Source: Mobula hypostoma
Taxonomy: Eukaryota
Assembly (NCBI RefSeq): GCF_963921235.1
Contig: NC_086100.1
Coordinates: 200,696,001-200,760,000 of the forward strand
Length of the DNA stretch: 64,000 nucleotides
Direction of reading: 5' to 3'
The notes under the pieces were generated by a model. That model saw nothing but the letters and a program-made list of their open reading frames with translations, searched no databases and had not been told where the DNA came from. The position numbers and the translations under genes are program-made. Below are positions 57,534 to 64,000 of this stretch, piece after piece (the first letter of the stretch is position 1; the number at the start of each line of letters is the position of its first letter).

Positions 57534-59455
57534 ATGGTGTACAAAGGCTGTTGTAAATCTAGTCAAGAAGAAAAGAAGAGCGTACGAAAGGTTCAAAAGA
57601 CTAGGTAATAATAGAGATCCAGAAGATTATAAGGCTAGCAGGAAGGAGTTTAAGTATGAAATTAGGAGAGCCAGAAGGGACTGTGAGAAGGCCTTGGTGG
57701 ACAGGATTAAGGAAAACCTCAAGGCATTCTACAAGTATGTGAAGGGCAAGAGGATAAGGCGTGAGGGAATAGGACCGATCAAGTTTGACAGTGGAAAGGT
57801 GTGTATGGAACCAGAGGAGATAGCATAAGTACTTGAATTTAGAAGATTGAGGGGGATCTTATTGAAACGTATAAAATCCTGAAGGGATTGGACAGGCTAG
57901 ATGCAGGAAGATTGTTCCCGATGTTGGGGAAGTCCAGGACGAGGGTTCACAGTTTGAGGATAAAGGGGAGCCTTTTAGGACCGAGAGGAGGAAAAACTTC
58001 TTCACACAGAGATTGGTGAATCTGTGGAATTCTCTGCCACAGGAAACAGTTGAGGCCAGTTCATTGGCTATATTTAAGAGGGAGTTAGATATGGCCCTTG
58101 TGGCTAAAGGAATCAGGGGGTATGGAGAGAAGGCAGGTACAGGGTTCTGAGTTGGATGGTCAGCCATGATCGTACTGAATGGCGGTGCAGGCTCGAACGG
58201 CTGAATGGCCTACTCCTGCACCTATTTTCTATGTTTCTATGTTTACTTAATGAATACTTTGCTTCAGTAATTGATATGGAAAGGAATTTTGGCATCTGTA
58301 GGGATGACTTACGGTGGACTGAAAAGCTTGAGCATGTAGATATTAAGAAAGAGGATGTGTTGGAGCTTTTGAAAAGCATCAAGTTGGATAAGTCACCAGG
58401 ACGGGATGAGATGTACCCCAGGCTACTGTAGGAAGTGATGAGTCTCTGGCAATGATCTTTGCATCATCAATGGGGACAGGAGAGGTTCCGGAGGATTGGA
58501 CGGTTACGGATGTTGTTCCATTATTCAAGAAAGGGAATAGAGATAGCCCAGAAATTTATAGACCAGTGAGTCTTACTTCAGTGGTTGGTAAGTCGATGGA
58601 GAAGATCCTGAGAGGCAGGATTTATGAACATTTGAAGAGGCATAATATGGTTAGGAATAGTCAGCATATCTTTGTCAAGGGCAGGTCGTGCCTTACGAGC
58701 CTAATTGAATTTTTTGAGGATGTGACTAAACACATTGATAAACTAGAACCATAGATGCAGTAGATATGGATTTCAGCAAGGCATTTGACAAGGTCCCCCA
58801 TGGAAGGCTTATTGAGAAAGTAAGGAGGCATGGGATCCAAGGGGACATTGCTTTGTGGATCCAGAAATGGCTTGCCCACAGAAAGCAAAGAGTGGTTGTA
58901 GATTGGACATATCCTGCATGGAGGCCAGTGACCAGTCGTGTGCCTCAGGGATCTGTTCTGGGACCCCTACTCTTTGTGATTTTTATAAATGACCTGGATG
59001 AGGATGTGGAGGGATGGGTTAGTAAATTTGCTGATGACACAAAGGTTGGGCCGTTGTGGATGGTGTGGAGGGCTGTCAGAGGTTACAACAGGACATTGAT
59101 AGGATGGAAAACTGGACCGAGAGGTGGCAGATGAAGTTCAACCCAGATAAGTGTGAAGTGGTTCATTTTGGTAGGTCAATTATGATGTCAGAATATAGTA
59201 TTAACAGTAAGACTCTTGGCAGTGTGGAGGATCAGAGGGATCTTGGGGTCCGAGTCCATAGGACACTCAAAGCAGCTACGTAGGTTGACTCTGTGGTTAA
59301 GAAGGCATGCGGTATATTGGCCTTCGTCAATCGTGGGATTGAGTTTAGGACCCGAGAGGTAATGTTGCAGCTATATAGGACCCTGGTCAGACCCCACTTG
59401 GAGTACTGTGCTCAGTTCTAGTCACCTCACTACAGGAAAGATGTGGAAACCATGG
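57532..59455 (+). mobile_element. CR1 ORF2 fragment with a nested CR1 3' piece (about 57835-58243)
   Basis: RT motifs are present. The nested piece is flanked by tactt and ends in a ttctatg tail. The fragment is truncated at the LTR insertion. Confidence 0.87.
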
Positions 59456-61163
59456 TGTTACAAGAAGTGTGTTACGAGAATACACATAAAATTAAGATGT
59501 TTGCTGGCCTGGGCTAGCATCAGTGGCATCAGCAGTTGGTCTGCCACCTGCCCTCAGGGGAAGGAGAGATAAGGAACAATGGAGCAGCGTCTGGAGATGT
59601 GTAATGAAGGGATGTGGGAGGAAGAGCTGTCTGGAGCGGCTCCCCCCTTTGAACCCTGAACTGTTTGAAGTGATGGACAGGCGATACCCCAGCAGGGGGA
59701 TAAAAAGGGACAGGTTCGCTAAGACAGACACACGCCACCCGAGGTAACGAGACCCTGGAAGCGGTGCGCTTCTCACGAGTGGGTGAGAAGTCCCAGACAA
59801 CGACAAGGGTGGAAAGGTACGATCAGCGGGAACCCGGTGTGTGTCCGCCCTTGCCTGGGTGCCGGGTTCACTGCAGAGGATCGACCGCATCTGGAGGAGG
59901 GGTCACAGTCGGTGACCTCAGGTGACATCACCAAGGACCTGCCCAAAAGCTGTTTGTGAGCCATCTCGCTGGTCTGTGAGCCATCTTGCTGGTCTGTGAG
60001 TGAAGCCGTTCTGAATGATGAGTTGTTCCTATTCTATCTCTCTCTTCCCCCACGTTGTCCACCGCCATGGCAACGATTACTGCGAACTGAACTTTGAGTC
60101 ATTTTGAAATTGGTCATTTACCCCTAGACAACGATAGAGCTTGATTGATGCTGTTATCTTAATTCTGTGCACATGTATGGTTATCATTGTTGAATTGTTG
60201 CATTTATTATCCTTTCGATTACTGTGTTGCTTGTTTCTTTAATAAAACTTTCTTAGTTCTAGTACTCCAGACTCCAACTGAGTGATCCATTTCTGCTGGT
60301 TTGGCAACCCAGTTACGGGGTACGTAACAAGTGCCCCTTGTAATAATGATCAGTAAGGCAGAGAGAATCTGTATTTATTGACAAGTAACTGTTATCATTT
60401 CAACTAAAAGCACATGGGTTCACAAACAGTCTCCGTGTGCAACCTACTAGAATTCCTGACCCTCCAGGAACAATCAATGAAGAGAAAAGGATATTACCCA
60501 GGAAAGTAGTCTACGCTGGCCAGGTTCCTCATGGTCCCAGTCTCCACGTGTCCATGGTTCCTCCTTATCTGCGATGATTGGTCTCTGGCTGCTGGAGAGT
60601 TATCGCCCCTGTGTATTTGAGCTCCTGAGTCTTGTACTGTTCCTGATCAATTGAATCATTGGATCTCCATCTCATTGGCTCAATCTCACCTGACCTACCT
60701 GGGTCACCCTCTTACTGGTCATTGCACAGGGCTACAGCCAACGTTGTTTCATGGCTCTGCCCACCCCAGCCTTGTGTATTTGTGTCCTTACACTCTGACT
60801 GGTCCACACCAGTTAAGTGAGGCAACCCAGACAGAGTCTAATGAGATTACCAATTGCAGGTCTGCCATTTTACATAACAAGTCATTACTCCTCAGAGAAT
60901 GGTCTCAGGTTTATTACTCTGATTAGATTGACCCAGAGCAATTCAGAGTGCAGCCCTTTACATCACAAATGGCTACTTGTTTGAGAATGGTCTCAGAATT
61001 AGCAGATCATTACCTGAAGCTTCCTGTGTCCACATTCAGTTGCTCTGATTAGATTATCCAAGAGCAAGAAACTGTTCAGAGTCCACAAAATGGGGGAAAC
61101 AAAGACAACTGGCTTGTCTGCTTCCCCTGTCCTTGATCAGACTGTAGTTTCTTCTGGCCAACA
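59456..61163 (-). mobile_element. 3' LTR of the minus-strand retroelement, interrupted by the solo LTR
   Basis: On the minus strand the polypurine tract aagaggagggaga directly precedes TGTTGG at 61163. AATAAA lies near 60375 and the LTR ends ...cttcttgTAACA at 59456. Confidence 0.8.
59470..60329 (+). mobile_element. Solo LTR (860 bp)
   Basis: Termini TGTTACG...CGTAACA form a 7-bp inverted repeat. 4-bp TSD agtg (59466-59469, 60330-60333). AATAAA at 60241. Confidence 0.9.
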
Positions 61164-64000
61164 TCTCCCTCCTCTTGATCCAAAGATAAATATGTTAGGA
61201 TCATTATCCTCCTCTCCATCCAACAAGATATATTATTCTCTTCTTGTTGAATTAAACCTGTAACGCACAAGGGTAATATCTGCTCTTATTTCCAGTTTAC
61301 GTCTTAAATTATTTTAAATCCATATTTTCTATCTATTTTTCTAAGGCGTCCAGTCTAGGCTCCCAAATTTCTTTGGACTCAAGCCGTCCGTCTTTTCTCA
61401 CCCAGTTCCGTTTCAGCATGGGAGGGACAAGCACTGTCTTATCTTCCTTTTCCTTTGATTTTTTTGACAAAACTTCCCTGATTCTCAGGATGAGGGGACT
61501 GAAAATCATTCCCTTGATAGGATCTGTCCCCATCTTCTTGGAACAGTTGTTCCATCCTCAAGTATCCCAAATCAGGACTATCAAGTACGTCAATTGTTAT
61601 GTGCCAATGGTGATAACATTCTGTCTCTCCCCCACCAATTTCAGCTGGTTGCTATGGTACCACCCACTTTTATCTGGAGAAGTCAGCACTTTAGTGCACT
61701 GAAGGATTTGCTTTGCCTATAATTTCATCAGGCCCTGCAAATCTTGGATTTAAAAATGAGGTGGGTTGGTGTATTCTAATCATCACTCTTTGTCCTGGGC
61801 TTATTTCTATGGGACTGACTTTTGAGTCAAAGTAGGCTTTACTCTTTTGCCTTTTCTTTCCCTTTGGTGGGCTGCAACATAATTGGCCTCTTTCACTGTC
61901 TCTACCAATTGTTATACCCACTTTTCTGACACAATCCCATCGATTTCGGGTTCTGAGATATCTAATCCTAACAACTCCTCCAATCCTCTCATGTCCCTTC
62001 CGGTCATGAGTTTATCAGGGGTGTAACCATTTGAAGATGTCACTGTATTCCTTATAATCATCAAGGCATGAGGCAAAACTACTTGCCATGTTGTTGCACC
62101 ATTTTTGCAATCATATTTTTTAGTGTTCAATTCATCCTTTCCACAATTCCACTGGACTGTGGTCTATAGGGTATATGAAATCTCTGCTTGATCCCTAAAA
62201 GTGCCATGACGCCTTGCATTATCTGGGCCGTGAAATGTGTGCCTTGATCCGATTCGATACTCTGGGGTAATCCTCAGTGAGTAAATATCCTTTCCAGTAA
62301 GATTTTTGCAGTGGCCTTTGCGGTGTTTGTCTTAGCCGGGAAAGCTTCCACCTACTTCGTAAAATTATCTATTACTACCAGAATATATTTTTACCCTCCA
62401 GGGGTGAATGGTAAGAGACCAACATAATCTATCGGCAATTGGTCTGGTGTGTCGAAGGGCTCCTTTCTTTACATTTCTATCAGGATTATATTGTGCACGA
62501 ATCAAGCAATTTTTGACATAATGCTCCACATCATCCTTCCTCTTGGGCCACCAGCCCACTTCCTTGATCTTTTCCAGGGAGCTTCCACACCCCTGGTGTC
62601 CCCGTAAATCATGGAACCAATGGATCATCTGCTTTCTTCCTCCCTCTGGAATCACAAACTTTTCTTCATGAAGGACAACTCCAACTTTGACAAACACTCC
62701 CTCGTGCTCTTTGTATATTTCAGACCCTGCGCCTTCTATCAATTTTTAAAATTCTTTATCTTTCTTCTGCTCCTCTGTTAAATCCATAACCTTAATCTCT
62801 TGTTCTTTCTGCCTCCCAATCTCCCCAATCTGTGGCTGCCATTCCTGCCCGGATAAAGCACCTCGCTTTGCCAATTCGCCGGCCTTTCTATTTCCCTCAG
62901 GAGATAATTTAGAGTGGACTTTCACATTTACGACTCCATATTCTTTTCCTTTTGCCTCTTCAAATATATATTGCAATAAAGCAGCAGATGGGAGGGGCTT
63001 TCCGTCAGCTGAAACAAACCCCCCGGCTTCCCACAGAGGGAAATGTTCAGTAAGGCTGTTACAAACGTACATACTATCAGTGTATGACTGACCCAGGCAG
63101 AAAACGTTCTGTGTGGCTGACCACAAATACCACAGCTGCCAATTCTGCTGCCTGTGCACTGATGGTAACTTTAAAGCTACACTATGCCTTTCCTGGCCAT
63201 GTCCATCCTCGACATACATGCCACACCCAGCTCTCCTCTCACCCTCCTGTACTGATGAAGACCCATCTACAAAAATTTTAAAGTAGGCTTTTTCTTTTTT
63301 CTTTGTGTCTTTGTTCTCAGTCATTACCTTATCTGATCTGCTTCCACGCCCTCCTTTTTGTTTCAGTACAATTGGGCCCTTGGGATCATTTGCTATCAAG
63401 TGTGTTCTGTCAGTATTGTAAATGGATTAAGTTCCACTATGTAGGCGAAATGTCATGCCGCCCAGAAAAACACTAAGAAGAGTTTTACCCATTCTACTGG
63501 TGAGACCATGCGTGATGCATACGCTACTGGTCTTAACTTCCCATGCGTCTCCTGTGACAGGACTGCTGAGAGAGTGGTTTCAGTTGTGACCACCTCCAAT
63601 GAGAATTGCTCATTCGGATTTGGAGTTTTTAAAGCAGGCGCAGTGGCCAATGCTTGATTCAGAGCTGTGATGGCCTGGGTGTGCTCTGATTTCCATCCCC
63701 ACACTACATTCTTTTTCAGTAACACTATTAAAGGAGGTGCCTTAGTGGAAAATCCATCAATGTGATCTCTACAGTATCCTACCAGCCCCAGAAAGGACCA
63801 CAGCACTTTCAGGTCTCGGGGAATAGGAGTTTCAAAACCAATTCTACTCTTCGCTTATCAATTTCTCTTTTCCCCAGTGTCAAGATCATTCCCAAATAAC
63901 TAACTTCTTGTTTCATCACCTGTGTTTTTTTATGGTTTACCTTTAGTCCCAATGCAAGTAATAATTACAGCAGCTCTGTCAATAGCTGATAATGTTCCTG
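61164..64000 (-). mobile_element. LTR retroelement pol remnant: RT C-terminus, degenerate RNase H (tether), second RNase H, integrase; continues beyond window
   Basis: RT end SFLGLVGYCR. Tether FSLEVVTTETTLSAVLSQ...PVAYASR. RNase H motifs IFVDGS, SAQAAEL, YTDS, VKVH and GNRKA. Integrase HHCC-like motif, IESDQG, PYRPQSSGIVE and GP-module. Stops and frameshifts present. Confidence 0.9.

Noticed and set aside
62100..62400. APOBEC-type G-to-A hypermutation (two Trp codons changed to stops in integrase)
   Set aside because: Too few sites, and similar Trp-to-stop changes occur in neutral CR1 copies throughout the window.

Overview
Eukaryotic, vertebrate genomic DNA; the repeat families suggest a cartilaginous fish, probably a ray (inference). 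Most of the window is decayed transposable elements: many CR1 LINE copies, an L1-type LINE, Rex1/Babar LINE fragments, Penelope-like fragments, a hAT (Buster/Charlie-like) DNA transposon remnant, a Gypsy pol fragment, a solo LTR and an LTR retroelement with two RNase H domains. There are also several minisatellites. Two host genes are supported. (1) A minus-strand very large inducible GTPase (VLIG/GVIN1/URGCP family) in one large coding exon at 7847-12671, with a single-base frameshift near 8340. (2) An intact six-exon plus-strand short-chain dehydrogenase/reductase (retinol dehydrogenase 11/12/13-like, 340 aa) at 33750-49605. There is no CRISPR, rRNA or tRNA gene, and I cannot support a wholly new multi-gene system. 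The best leads are the env-less LTR element with retrovirus-like tether plus RNase H, an L1 whose RT is replaced by a CR1 RT, a hAT element flanked by two different target sites, and TE-supplied or duplicated splice sites in the SDR gene. TE boundaries without a TSD or TIR are approximate.
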